Positions 9,250 through 19,090 of a stretch of DNA of 64,000 nt are shown in pieces (position 1 is the first letter of the stretch; every line of letters starts with the position of its first letter). Source of the stretch: Candidatus Pacearchaeota archaeon. Lineage in GTDB: Archaea; Nanobdellota; Nanobdellia; Pacearchaeales; GW2011-AR1. A program made the translations under genes and the position numbers. The DNA lies in the NCBI GenBank assembly GCA_018304985.1, contig JAGVWP010000001.1, forward strand, positions 3,913 to 67,912, read 5' to 3'. Under the pieces are notes generated by a model. That model did no database searches. It was not told the DNA's origin and saw nothing but the letters and a program-made list of their open reading frames with translations.

Positions 9250-11154
9250 TTACCTTGCAGATTCTATTCTTTCCCAATTATCAACACTTTTAAATTTTTT
9301 AATTTTTGTATTATAAAAAACAAGTATCCACATATATAATCGAGCTAAAATTAATTCCAATGTCCAAAATCCCTCTTTAAATGTAGTTGGATAAGTTATT
9401 ATATGTATAAAACCTTCTAATGTTTCATTTTTAAACGATTTTACTCTAGGAGTAATTTTAGTATCTGCATATTTATCCAGTGTTTCATGAGCTTTAGCAG
9501 TTCTTACTTTTTGTTTTATCCAATCTTTCCAGTTGCTAACATTTTTTACATAAACTCTAGCATTTTCAGCATATCCTATTTTATACCCCTTTTCCCAGAA
9601 ATAATAAGGAATAATTGTGTCCTCCGCAGTATCTAATGGTATCTCTATTTTATTATCTCCCCTAAATGCAAAAAGATATCCAGAACACTCTATAAAAGAA
9701 TTACTTTCAAATGCTTTCATTCTTAACTTATTTGCTGCTTCAAATAAAAAATTGGCCCAATAACCATACTTATCTTTTCTTGATTCTATAGGAACCGGTC
9801 TTCCAGTAACACATCCTATTTCAGGATCTAAGAATAAATTTGTTATTTCTTCAATTACATTATCACTTATAAATACGTCCCCGTCTGTCAATATTAAAAT
9901 ATCCTCTTTTTTTGTATTCTTTATTAACAGATTCAAAGCATACATTTTTCCTTTTCCAGGATCTTTAAATAATTTTATCTCTTTATTATGCTTAGAATAT
10001 TTTTTTGCAATATTCAAAGTTTCCTCGTCAGGAGCAGAGACGAGAATACCATAATCATATTTTGTTTTTTGGTTTAAAGCAGATTCAATTGCTCTGCCGA
10101 TATTTAGTTCTCTAAAAGCAGTTATAATTAATAAAATTTTAAAATTGATCATTTCTTCAATTGATCTAATTATTTCATGTAATGAAATTTTTCCCATGCT
10201 TTTACAATTCCTGCTATAACAGCATAAACAATTTGACTTTGCAATTATTTTTTTACCAAGACCATACATATCTATCTCATGATTTGATGTTGGTCCTATA
10301 AGCACAATTGTTTTCCTTTTCAAGGCAAGAGCAATATGAAGTCCAAGTGTATCCGAGGTTATAAATAAATTGCAAATACTCACTAATGCTGGAAATTCTA
10401 CTAGATCATTTCCACAACCAGTACTAATTATAGGCGCTTTAGCTAATTTAATTACCTCCATATTTCTTGTGGTTTCCTCAGGTCCTCCAAAAAGAAGAAT
10501 TTTTGCATTAAATTTATTATGAATTTCTTCAATTAATTTAACAGTCATTTTTATTGGCAGATCCTTGGGCCATCTTTCCCCAGATCCAGTATTAATACCT
10601 ACAATTAAATCGCTTCTGGACAAATTATGTCTCCTTAAAAAATCATTTGCAATAATTCTTTGGTCAGTATTTAATCTTAAAAATGGTTCATATTTTTCAA
10701 AATCTTTTATATCTATAATTGCAGACATAAGCTGTCTATGGGTCTTAATATTCTCTTTTTTTAAAATATCTGCTTTCTTTTTTCCATATTTACTAATTAA
10801 AGAGGTATTAAACCATTCTTCTGTCTCTGATGTATAAATTATTTTATTGTCTTTATCCAAAAAAGCCCCTAATAACTTTTTTGTATTTAAAAAAGAAACA
10901 AATTTTGCACTATCTTCATCTTCTTCAAGATTAATAACAAGATCAAAATTAATACTTTTCAGTTTTTCTTTATCTTCCTCTGCAACTATTTGATAAACAT
11001 AAGGATTATTAACAAACAAAGAAATTGCTTTTTTACTAGTAACCCAAAAAACCTTGGGGTCTTTATTTTTATACTTATCTTTTAAAGCTTGGGCTAAAAA
11101 ACTTGTTCTTACCACATCTCCCAAAGCTCCTGTCTTTATAATTAATATATTCAT
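9250..11154 (-). CDS. fusion of a GT9 (ADP-heptose:acceptor heptosyltransferase-like) domain and a GT2 domain
   Basis: The N-terminus MNILIIKTGALGDVVRTSFLAQALK matches the RfaC/RfaF family signature. The middle has GGPEE...SGCGNDL...SDTLGLHIA motifs. The C-terminal ~290 aa are GT2-like with DGD. Confidence 0.65.
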   Translation of the reverse strand: MNILIIKTGALGDVVRTSFLAQALKDKYKNKDPKVFWVTSKKAISLFVNNPYVYQIVAEEDKEKLKSINFDLVINLEEDEDSAKFVSFLNTKKLLGAFLDKDNKIIYTSETEEWFNTSLISKYGKKKADILKKENIKTHRQLMSAIIDIKDFEKYEPFLRLNTDQRIIANDFLRRHNLSRSDLIVGINTGSGERWPKDLPIKMTVKLIEEIHNKFNAKILLFGGPEETTRNMEVIKLAKAPIISTGCGNDLVEFPALVSICNLFITSDTLGLHIALALKRKTIVLIGPTSNHEIDMYGLGKKIIAKSNCLCCYSRNCKSMGKISLHEIIRSIEEMINFKILLIITAFRELNIGRAIESALNQKTKYDYGILVSAPDEETLNIAKKYSKHNKEIKLFKDPGKGKMYALNLLIKNTKKEDILILTDGDVFISDNVIEEITNLFLDPEIGCVTGRPVPIESRKDKYGYWANFLFEAANKLRMKAFESNSFIECSGYLFAFRGDNKIEIPLDTAEDTIIPYYFWEKGYKIGYAENARVYVKNVSNWKDWIKQKVRTAKAHETLDKYADTKITPRVKSFKNETLEGFIHIITYPTTFKEGFWTLELILARLYMWILVFYNTKIKKFKSVDNWERIESAR

Positions 11155-11248
11155 AGTAAAAGATGCTTATAGGTATTTAAAAACATTTAGACTCCATAAA
11201 TATGTTATATATAACAATATTTAAATAATTATTTAAAATAAGCTATAA

Positions 11249-11746
11249 ATGATAGAATTAGAAAAAAAACTACTCTCAATAGAAGAAATTAGTGAAATAA
11301 TTAACCCATTAAAAAATATTGGTAAGATAATAGTAACTACTAGCGGAAGTTTTGATATATTGCATTCAGCCCATGTCCATTTTCTTCAAAAAGCTAAAAA
11401 AGAGGGGGATGTGCTTATAGTTTTGCTGAATACTGATAGTTCAATCAAAAGAAATAAAGGAGAAAAAAGACCAATAGTCCCTGAAGATGAAAGAGCTAAA
11501 ATGCTTGTCTCTTTAGAATGTGTTGATTATGTTGTGATTTTTAATGAAGATAAGCCATTAAAATTACTGGAGATGATAAAGCCAAATATACATGTAAAAG
11601 GTGGAAGCTTTATTCCTGAAAGAATTAAAGAAGAAAAAGAACTCTTGGACTCATGGGAAGGAAAATATAAAACCTTTGAATTAGAAGAAGGATATTCCAC
11701 AACAAATATTATTCAAACTATATTAGAAAAATATAACAACATATAA
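11249..11746 (+). CDS. D-glycero-beta-D-manno-heptose-1-phosphate adenylyltransferase-like (HldE domain II / RfaE-II cytidylyltransferase-like)
   Basis: SGSFDILHSAHVHFL...NTDSSIKRNKGEKRPIVPEDER...VDYVVIFNEDKP...VKGG closely parallels the E. coli HldE C-terminal domain. Confidence 0.7.
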   Translation: MIELEKKLLSIEEISEIINPLKNIGKIIVTTSGSFDILHSAHVHFLQKAKKEGDVLIVLLNTDSSIKRNKGEKRPIVPEDERAKMLVSLECVDYVVIFNEDKPLKLLEMIKPNIHVKGGSFIPERIKEEKELLDSWEGKYKTFELEEGYSTTNIIQTILEKYNNI

Positions 11747-11749
11747 AAA

Positions 11750-12421
11750 ATGCCCGAAAAAATGAAAATAAAATTTCATGCAACGGAAAATCAATATAAA
11801 CCCGTAGTGAGATATTTGAGAAATTACAGAAAAAAAGCAAAACTTATTGAAATTGGTGCCGGAGGTAGAACACTGCAAAAATTTCTTCCAGAAAATATCT
11901 CTTATTATAGCCTGGATTTTGACCCAAACTATGGCAAAGCTTTTTTCAAAGCAAAGCATGATTATCATTTTGACTTAGATAAAGGCAAACTTCCAGTTAA
12001 AGACAAATCTTATGATATTATTGTCTGCCTTGAGACTTTAGAGCATGTTATGTATCCCCAGAAAGTTGTGGATGAAATGAAAAGAGTTGCTAAAGACGAT
12101 GCAATCTTCTTTATATCAATTCCCAATGAGTATAATATCCTTCTTAGGTTGTATTATCTTTTTGGAAAAAAGCATAAAATGGATGAGACTTTTATGGTTG
12201 TTGAGAAGCATCTACATATACACAAGCCAAGAGTCAAGGATATTATAGGATTCTATAACAAGAACTTTACTATAAAAAAACTAGATTATATCTGGCAGTC
12301 AAGAAGCAGCATGTATTCAAAAATGGTTTATTTTATAGACAGAATAATTGATATTTTTGCAAAGATATATCCCAGTTTATTTGCAAAGATAATTTTAGTG
12401 AGAGCTGAGAAGAAAATTTAG
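11750..12421 (+). CDS. class I SAM-dependent methyltransferase
   Basis: IEIGAGG and LETLEHV motifs. Confidence 0.6.
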   Translation: MPEKMKIKFHATENQYKPVVRYLRNYRKKAKLIEIGAGGRTLQKFLPENISYYSLDFDPNYGKAFFKAKHDYHFDLDKGKLPVKDKSYDIIVCLETLEHVMYPQKVVDEMKRVAKDDAIFFISIPNEYNILLRLYYLFGKKHKMDETFMVVEKHLHIHKPRVKDIIGFYNKNFTIKKLDYIWQSRSSMYSKMVYFIDRIIDIFAKIYPSLFAKIILVRAEKKI

Positions 12422-12570
12422 TTTTATTGTTATGTATTTGAAAACATGCCATAACTTTACATTATTTATATCTAGTAAGTGTCTGATATTCATTAATATA
12501 ATATGATTAATTATCTAAACATACTTAATAATAACCTAAAAATCAGGGAAAGATATTGCAGTATTTCAAA

Positions 12571-12648
12571 ATAGAAGACACCAATGGTTTCTTCTATAAT
12601 AACTTCCTTTTAGATGCCAAGGTTTCTTTTATGAAGCTTCCTTTTAAA
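12571..12648 (-). repeat. same repeat family, copy B (inverted orientation)
   Basis: Reverse complement reads ggaagttattatagaagaaaccattggtgtcttctat, preceded by aaaaggaagcttcataaaagaaaccttgg. Confidence 0.8.
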
Positions 12649-12669
12649 TTTTATTATTTTTCAAAAATC

Positions 12670-13818
12670 TTAATCTTCATTAAACAAAACAGTTATTTCT
12701 TGTATTATCTTTTTCCAGCTGAATTTTTCAACTGACTTTCTGGCATTTTTTCTTATATTTAATATTTTTCTTTGATTTTTCTTATTTAGAATATAATTTA
12801 TTTTTTCTGCAAGCGCTTTTTCATCTCCTATATTAAATAAAAATCCGTTTTCAGTATCTTGGATTAAGTCTTTAGAAGCAAAATTATTGCTTGCAATAAC
12901 AATTTTTTGCCTTGACATAGCTTCGACAAGAGCCTGAGGCATGCCTTCTGCCTTACTCGGTAAAACAAATATCTTACATGAGTCTATTTTTTTTATTTTC
13001 TCTTTTAAATCATAGATTGGAGATGAAAAAACAACACTTTCTTTTAAGTTTAAATTATTAATCAATAAATCCAATTTCTTTTTATATTCCTCTTCAGCAG
13101 GACCGACAATCTCAATAATTATTTTTTTATCATTAGCATAGACAAGAGATTTTATCAGTGTTTCAAGACTTTTAATGGGCGAGATTCTTCCCAAAAAAAG
13201 AATTTTATTAAATTCATTTTTTTTATTAGATTTGTATTTAAAAAAATCCTCTGGAATTCCATTAGGAATATATGCCATTTGCTCTTTTTTTAATCCCAAC
13301 TCAAGTAAATATGGCTCTTCCCATTTAGTTATTGTTATAACTTTATTAAAATTATTCAGTGTTAATCTACCAATTATATTGTCATAAAACAACACTATTG
13401 TCTCGGATAATAAGCCTCTTGTTCTTGCAAATGGAGCATGAGTAACTAAAAATACCTTGCAATTAATATTTGCTTCTTTTAACTTTTTTGCTAATTTTAA
13501 TGCTTTTGTAGTATGTAAGTGCCTGTAGCTATGGGCAATAATTATATCAGGATGAAAATCAAGTGCTTTCTGCTGCGCATTTTTATCAAACCAATACATA
13601 AAGCTCTCACCGCCAAATTTTCTGAATGGAAATCTTTCTATTTTTACATTTCCAATTTTATCTTCTGCTGAAGCAAGTTCATTTGTTCCTTTAACTGAAT
13701 TTGATGAGAAAACAACAACTTCGTGTCCTTTTTTAGAAAGCAATTCTGACTCCTGTTTCACTCTTTGCCATACTCCACAAATTCCTGCTGAGAAATGGCA
13801 TAATTCTAAGATTTTCAT
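12670..13818 (-). CDS. family 4 glycosyltransferase (GT-B)
   Basis: The C-terminal EGMPQALVEAMSRQKIVIA motif is typical of GT4. Confidence 0.7.
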   Translation of the reverse strand: MKILELCHFSAGICGVWQRVKQESELLSKKGHEVVVFSSNSVKGTNELASAEDKIGNVKIERFPFRKFGGESFMYWFDKNAQQKALDFHPDIIIAHSYRHLHTTKALKLAKKLKEANINCKVFLVTHAPFARTRGLLSETIVLFYDNIIGRLTLNNFNKVITITKWEEPYLLELGLKKEQMAYIPNGIPEDFFKYKSNKKNEFNKILFLGRISPIKSLETLIKSLVYANDKKIIIEIVGPAEEEYKKKLDLLINNLNLKESVVFSSPIYDLKEKIKKIDSCKIFVLPSKAEGMPQALVEAMSRQKIVIASNNFASKDLIQDTENGFLFNIGDEKALAEKINYILNKKNQRKILNIRKNARKSVEKFSWKKIIQEITVLFNED

Positions 13819-13838
13819 ATTAATCTATGTAATTTTAC

Positions 13839-14630
13839 TTAATTTATAAGTTCATTCATCTTGACAAAATCGTGTTTTTTCTTTAAATAACCTACCATAA
13901 AGTCAAAATTCTCTATAACTCGATTGTGTGGGAAATTTCTATCAATTTTGCTTCTTGGAAGAGATATAAAATCCCATGAATGAGCATAGAAAACAGCGTC
14001 TTTATAGATTAATTCAAGCAGTTTAAAATAAATTTTTTGAGCAGATTTAGGAAATACCCTTGGGAGTATTGAAACAAATGGCAAGCCTAAAGAACTTGTA
14101 GGAATCTCAATTAAATTATGTGATTTATGTTTTCTTGGATTTGAGCAAAAGTTCAATAAATTGCTTTTAATTCTTTTTGGGAAAAAAGCCACTTGCAATA
14201 AATTTAACGGGGTTTTTGATGAGTCATATTTAAAACCATGATGAGAAAGTATTTTTGAAGTATTTATATCAACAGAATGCTGAGCAGCCCTAAATCCCAT
14301 TGGATGCTGGTTGAGATATTTTTTAAAAACATGTATTGATTTTTTAATAGATTCTTCTTTCTGCTCTAAATTAAGATCATCAAACCTAACATGTCTGTAT
14401 CCGTGAGAAGCAATTTCATGGCCATTTTTCTTTAAATTCTGAAATATTTTTGGATAATTTTCAATGCAATCAGAGGTTGTAAAAAAGGTTGCTTTTACTT
14501 TATGTTTATCTAAAATAGATAAAATTCTTGGTATTCCTTCTGTTATTCCAATGAATTCTCCCGAATGCAGATCTGGCTCAACATCAAAACTTAGTGAGAT
14601 TCTCATTTTACTATCTCTTTTATTAAACAA
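13839..14630 (-). CDS. polysaccharide deacetylase (NodB homology domain)
   Basis: SFDVEPD, ATFF and HEIASHGYRH motifs. Confidence 0.65.
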   Translation of the reverse strand: MFNKRDSKMRISLSFDVEPDLHSGEFIGITEGIPRILSILDKHKVKATFFTTSDCIENYPKIFQNLKKNGHEIASHGYRHVRFDDLNLEQKEESIKKSIHVFKKYLNQHPMGFRAAQHSVDINTSKILSHHGFKYDSSKTPLNLLQVAFFPKRIKSNLLNFCSNPRKHKSHNLIEIPTSSLGLPFVSILPRVFPKSAQKIYFKLLELIYKDAVFYAHSWDFISLPRSKIDRNFPHNRVIENFDFMVGYLKKKHDFVKMNELIN

Positions 14631-14658
14631 TCAAGTTTATGTATTAAAATATAAAAGA

Positions 14659-16869
14659 TCAATCGACAAAAACCTTTTCTCCATTTTTTATCTTTTCAAT
14701 AATCATTTTGGATATTTCTGGCCTCATAAACCAGTTAGGTAGTTGTTTACCTGATTGAAGTATTTCTCGTGCTTGAGTTCCAGAAATATGAAGTTTATGT
14801 TCTTCAGGATGATCTAAAAATTCTGATTCATGAATATAATCATTTTCAAGATCTGAGTAAAACACTTTATCGAATTTTATTGGTTCTATTCCTAATTCCT
14901 CTTTTGTGAAATTATCAAATATTTTATGTGACATATTGGGATGATAAAAGTTTTCTACACCTGTATGATCTCTACCGATAATAAAATGTGAGCATCCAAA
15001 GTTTTTTCTAGCAAGAGCAGTAAAAACTGCTTCACGAGGACCACAGTATCTAGAGTAAGTTGCAAATGTTCCAAGAATTACTAAGGATTTAGGATAAAAT
15101 TCTTCTATCATCTTCTCGTAAGCATTTATTATTACTTCTGATTCAAAATCTCCTGATTTTTTCTTGCCTATAACTGGATGTACTAGTAATCCATCACACA
15201 ATCCTTTTTTCATACCTTCAAGTTGAATGAATTCATGAGATTTATGAATTACATTTCTTGTATGAAATCCGAGTACTTTAGACCAACCTCTCTCAGCAAA
15301 AATCTTTCTTGTTTGATGAGGAGTTAGTTCATATATTTTATTTTTTGAATTTCTTCTTTTTAGTAATGTAACTTTTCCTCCAAGAAAATTATTTCCTTTA
15401 TCCAAAAACATCCTCACCCCGGGATGAGTTCTATCAGTAGTGCCATATACTTTTTCAGCTATTTTTTCTTTATCTACTGAATATATCTCATCCAAATGCA
15501 TTATTCCATAAACTTCATTATTATAAGATAAAGCAACTTCTTCCCCTTGACTAAGGTTTTTTCTAACATCCTCATCAACCATTAAAACAATAGGGATTGG
15601 CCAGACTAACCCATTAGGTAACTTCATATTATCTGCTACAGAATTTAATTCTTCTTTATTCATAAATCCCTCGAGAGGGCTAAATGCTCCTATCGCAATT
15701 TGTTCTACATCCATTAATGTTTCCTCATCTACCTCTAATTTTTTCTCTGGAATTGGTCCAGGATAATTTGAATCTAAACGATTAATTAATTTACCACCGT
15801 GTGGTTTTGGAAGTAAGTCAGGAGTTTCTAAAGAAAGAGCGTAGTTTAACTCTTCAAGTTTGTCAATAAGATTTTCTTTTTTGCTTTTATCTAAAAATCT
15901 TATTTGATTTAGCAATAATAAAAGAGTGTTAACTGTTTCTACAGGGTATTTTCCTACTGCAGTTTCTTTAGTTAGGGCTATACCTGTTGCTCCATCTAAA
16001 ATCGTGTTAATTATATCATTAACTTCCCCCTTACTTGGTTTTAAAGCAAAGGCCATTTGTTCTAAAGTATTTGTTGCTACAAAAACTTCTTTTCCTAAAT
16101 CTCTTACTTTTTTGATAATTAATTTTTGAATAAATGGAATTTTTTCTAGAGGAACTTGACTGCTTAAATCTCCTCTATCTATTAGTATTCCATCAGAAAC
16201 TTGGGCTATTTTTTCGAAGTTCTCCAGACCTTTTTTTGATTCTATTTTAGAATACAATGTAACTTCAGGATAATTTTCTCTGAATTTTATAACACTCTCT
16301 GGGTTTTCCATGAATGATAAAGTAAAATGCTTGATATTATACTTTTTAGCAAGAGCTACTGCAGCATAATCTTTTTTACTAAAAGGGGGTAGATTAAATG
16401 TAGGACTATCTATTTGTACTGCTTTTTTCCCCCCGATTAATCCTCCAATAACTACTTTACATAAAATATACCCATTATCTCTTTCAGAAGTATCGAAAAT
16501 ACGTAGTAACACTGAATTAAAATCAATAGAAATTAGATCCCCTTCTTGTAATTTTTTAAATACTCCTTCAGGTTTTAAAAATAAATTTTGAGCATCACAT
16601 TCTATTTTATTTCCAAAGATTTTAACCATCCCTGATTCCTGAAATGTTATTTCCTTTATATTTCCAGATCTTATTTGTGACCCTTCTGTATCTAGAATAA
16701 TTGGCACTCCATAACCTAAAAGGTCTTTTATTCTCTGTTCTATATCTTTCTCTTCTGTATGAGATAGATTAATCCTGAAAAAATTAACTCCTCTGTCTTT
16801 AAGCTTCACTAATACCTCTTCTTTATTTGATGAGGGGCCAATAGTACAAATTATTTTATGATTTACCAT
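14659..16869 (-). CDS. sat: bifunctional fusion: pyruvate-kinase-like barrel domain (N-terminal) + sulfate adenylyltransferase / ATP sulfurylase (C-terminal)
   Basis: N-terminus: KIICTIGPSS...NFFRINLSHT...ILDTEGSQIRSG and DRGDLSSQVP...ATNTLEQM...DGATGIALTKETAVGKYP are PK catalytic motifs. C-terminus: HGGKLINR...AFSPLEGFM, GFHTRNVIHKSHE and ISGTQAREILQSG are ATP-sulfurylase motifs. Confidence 0.75.
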   Translation of the reverse strand: MVNHKIICTIGPSSNKEEVLVKLKDRGVNFFRINLSHTEEKDIEQRIKDLLGYGVPIILDTEGSQIRSGNIKEITFQESGMVKIFGNKIECDAQNLFLKPEGVFKKLQEGDLISIDFNSVLLRIFDTSERDNGYILCKVVIGGLIGGKKAVQIDSPTFNLPPFSKKDYAAVALAKKYNIKHFTLSFMENPESVIKFRENYPEVTLYSKIESKKGLENFEKIAQVSDGILIDRGDLSSQVPLEKIPFIQKLIIKKVRDLGKEVFVATNTLEQMAFALKPSKGEVNDIINTILDGATGIALTKETAVGKYPVETVNTLLLLLNQIRFLDKSKKENLIDKLEELNYALSLETPDLLPKPHGGKLINRLDSNYPGPIPEKKLEVDEETLMDVEQIAIGAFSPLEGFMNKEELNSVADNMKLPNGLVWPIPIVLMVDEDVRKNLSQGEEVALSYNNEVYGIMHLDEIYSVDKEKIAEKVYGTTDRTHPGVRMFLDKGNNFLGGKVTLLKRRNSKNKIYELTPHQTRKIFAERGWSKVLGFHTRNVIHKSHEFIQLEGMKKGLCDGLLVHPVIGKKKSGDFESEVIINAYEKMIEEFYPKSLVILGTFATYSRYCGPREAVFTALARKNFGCSHFIIGRDHTGVENFYHPNMSHKIFDNFTKEELGIEPIKFDKVFYSDLENDYIHESEFLDHPEEHKLHISGTQAREILQSGKQLPNWFMRPEISKMIIEKIKNGEKVFVD

Positions 16870-16927
16870 CTTTTCATTAAAAATCTCTGATGTAAAAGTA
16901 TTTAAACGTTTTTGTTATACCTCAATT

Positions 16928-17842
16928 ATGGGCTCTAATAACTCAAGTGTTGATTTTGTGGGAATTGGTGTTGGAAGATCTGGAACAATTTGGATTTTAA
17001 ATGCTTTAGCAGAACATAAAGGAATTTGGTTTCCTTATACTAAAGAATTAAACTATTTTTCAAACCCCCATGGTGGAGAAGTAAGCGAGTATGACAAAAG
17101 AGGGATAAATGGGTACTTAGATTTGTTTAAAGAGTGTCCTAAAAATAAGATTAAGGGCGAATTTAGTTCACATTATATGCCTGATCCAAAGGTGCCAAAA
17201 ATATTGAAGAAGCATTTTCCAAATGTGAAAATATGGGCCATATTAAGAGATCCTGTTGAAAGAGCATTTTCAGATTATGTTAGAGGAAAGGAGTTCCATC
17301 TGAAAGAGAAAGATAGTTTTGAAGAAGCATTTTTCGCTGAAAAAAACATATTGTATAAAAAGGGTGACGGATATCAAGAACGAGGGTATTATTATAAACA
17401 TTTAAAGAGATATTTTGAACTATTTTCTAGAGAAAATATTAAGATAATTCTATATGATGATTTTAAAAAGGATAATGAAAAAGTAATAAAAGAACTCTAT
17501 GAATTTCTAGGAGTAGATCCTCTTTTCAAACCATCAATTATTGGGAAAAGGATAAATGAGCGTACTGGAACAAAGTTTAGAGGAATTAAGAAAGTAATAA
17601 CTTTCTTAGCAAAAATTTCGCATAAATTGGAAGAGGGTATGATAGGTAAGTTGATTTATACAATTAAAAGAAAAACAGGAATAAACAGATTTTTTAATCA
17701 GCTAAATGAACTAAACACAAAGAAAGAGGTTGAAAAGGAGAAATTAGATCCAGAATTAAGAGATAAATTAAAAGTAGTTTATTTAGATGATATAACAAAA
17801 CTTGAGAAGCTTATAGGAAGGGATTTAAGTGAATGGAAATAA
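16928..17842 (+). CDS. sulfotransferase
   Basis: 5'-PSB-like GRSGTIW motif and 3'-PB-like ILRDPVERAFSDY motif. Confidence 0.75.
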   Translation: MGSNNSSVDFVGIGVGRSGTIWILNALAEHKGIWFPYTKELNYFSNPHGGEVSEYDKRGINGYLDLFKECPKNKIKGEFSSHYMPDPKVPKILKKHFPNVKIWAILRDPVERAFSDYVRGKEFHLKEKDSFEEAFFAEKNILYKKGDGYQERGYYYKHLKRYFELFSRENIKIILYDDFKKDNEKVIKELYEFLGVDPLFKPSIIGKRINERTGTKFRGIKKVITFLAKISHKLEEGMIGKLIYTIKRKTGINRFFNQLNELNTKKEVEKEKLDPELRDKLKVVYLDDITKLEKLIGRDLSEWK

Positions 17843-17900
17843 AGCATAATTTTTTATGAATAAATATTTAAATAGGTTTGATAATAATTTTTAGGTTAAA

Positions 17901-19061
17901 ATGATAAAAAATATTGGTATTGTTGCTACTCCAAATATTTCTACAGGAGGGGGTTTTCCAAGAGTTGTCAGAGATTTAATAGCTTCATTAAATGAATTAA
18001 ATTATAAAGTTAGTTTAATGACTCCTTTTACATTAGATTATGAAAAAATAAAGGAGTTATACGGTCCAATAAAACTTGAAAAAGTGCATTATCCAAGCGG
18101 TTTTAAGAAGAAATTCTGCAAAGAAGACAGTATAACAAGAAGGTTAATGAAATCAGAATTCTTAAAAATGTTTAATGAAAATGATTTGGTAATCGATATG
18201 GATGGGAAAATTTTGGATAAGTATCTTAGTACTGAAGAAAAAAAGCGGTATATTATATGGAGAGTTTCTTGCGCTTATTCAGATACTAAAAAATTTCCGG
18301 AGATGAGGAGAGGGTTGAGCAGAAAAGGGAAAGAAATTCTTAAAGATTTATTAAACACAAAATCTACAAGACCTGGAAAAGATATTAAAATATATTCATT
18401 AGATGAATGGACTGCTAAAGAACTTAAATATTATTGGAATTTAAATTCTGCTGGTTTTTTAAATCCAGAAATACAGGTAGAACATATAAAATACAAAGGA
18501 CAAAAAAAGAAAAATCAAATAGCTGTTTTAGGAAGAATAGCCAGAAATAAAAAAATACATGATTCAATAGAAATATTTTCTAAAGGAACTAGCAAATTTA
18601 AAGATTATAAATTAGTCATTCTTGGAGGAGCAACTCCTGATTCTGATTTATATATTAAAGAATTAAGTAACCAAATTGAAAGATTAAATATTAAAGAAAG
18701 AGTTGAGATGATTCCAAATCCTTCATTTGAGAAGATTAAGGAAATTTTGCTTAATTCAAAAATACTTATTGATTCACAACAAGGAGTTAGTTTGACAATG
18801 ACTGCAATTGAAGCTATGGCTGCTGGTTGTATTGTTTTAGCAACAAAAAATGGGGGAACATATTTAGAAGTTTTAGGCAAAGGTAAATATGGTTTTGGTT
18901 TTGATAATATTAAAGAAGGTGGAAATAAGTTAGAACAGATAATACTTGAATTAAATAGCAAAAAACTTAACTACCATAAATTTATTAAAGGAGCTGATAA
19001 ATTCTCTCATAAAAATTTTATTAAAAGGCTAAAAGAGATTATAAATAATATAAACGTTTAA
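17901..19061 (+). CDS. family 4 glycosyltransferase (GT-B)
   Basis: C-terminal GVSLTMTAIEAMAAGCIVLAT motif. Confidence 0.6.
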   Translation: MIKNIGIVATPNISTGGGFPRVVRDLIASLNELNYKVSLMTPFTLDYEKIKELYGPIKLEKVHYPSGFKKKFCKEDSITRRLMKSEFLKMFNENDLVIDMDGKILDKYLSTEEKKRYIIWRVSCAYSDTKKFPEMRRGLSRKGKEILKDLLNTKSTRPGKDIKIYSLDEWTAKELKYYWNLNSAGFLNPEIQVEHIKYKGQKKKNQIAVLGRIARNKKIHDSIEIFSKGTSKFKDYKLVILGGATPDSDLYIKELSNQIERLNIKERVEMIPNPSFEKIKEILLNSKILIDSQQGVSLTMTAIEAMAAGCIVLATKNGGTYLEVLGKGKYGFGFDNIKEGGNKLEQIILELNSKKLNYHKFIKGADKFSHKNFIKRLKEIINNINV

Positions 19062-19090
19062 ATATACAAAATAGGATAAATTAAAGTAAA

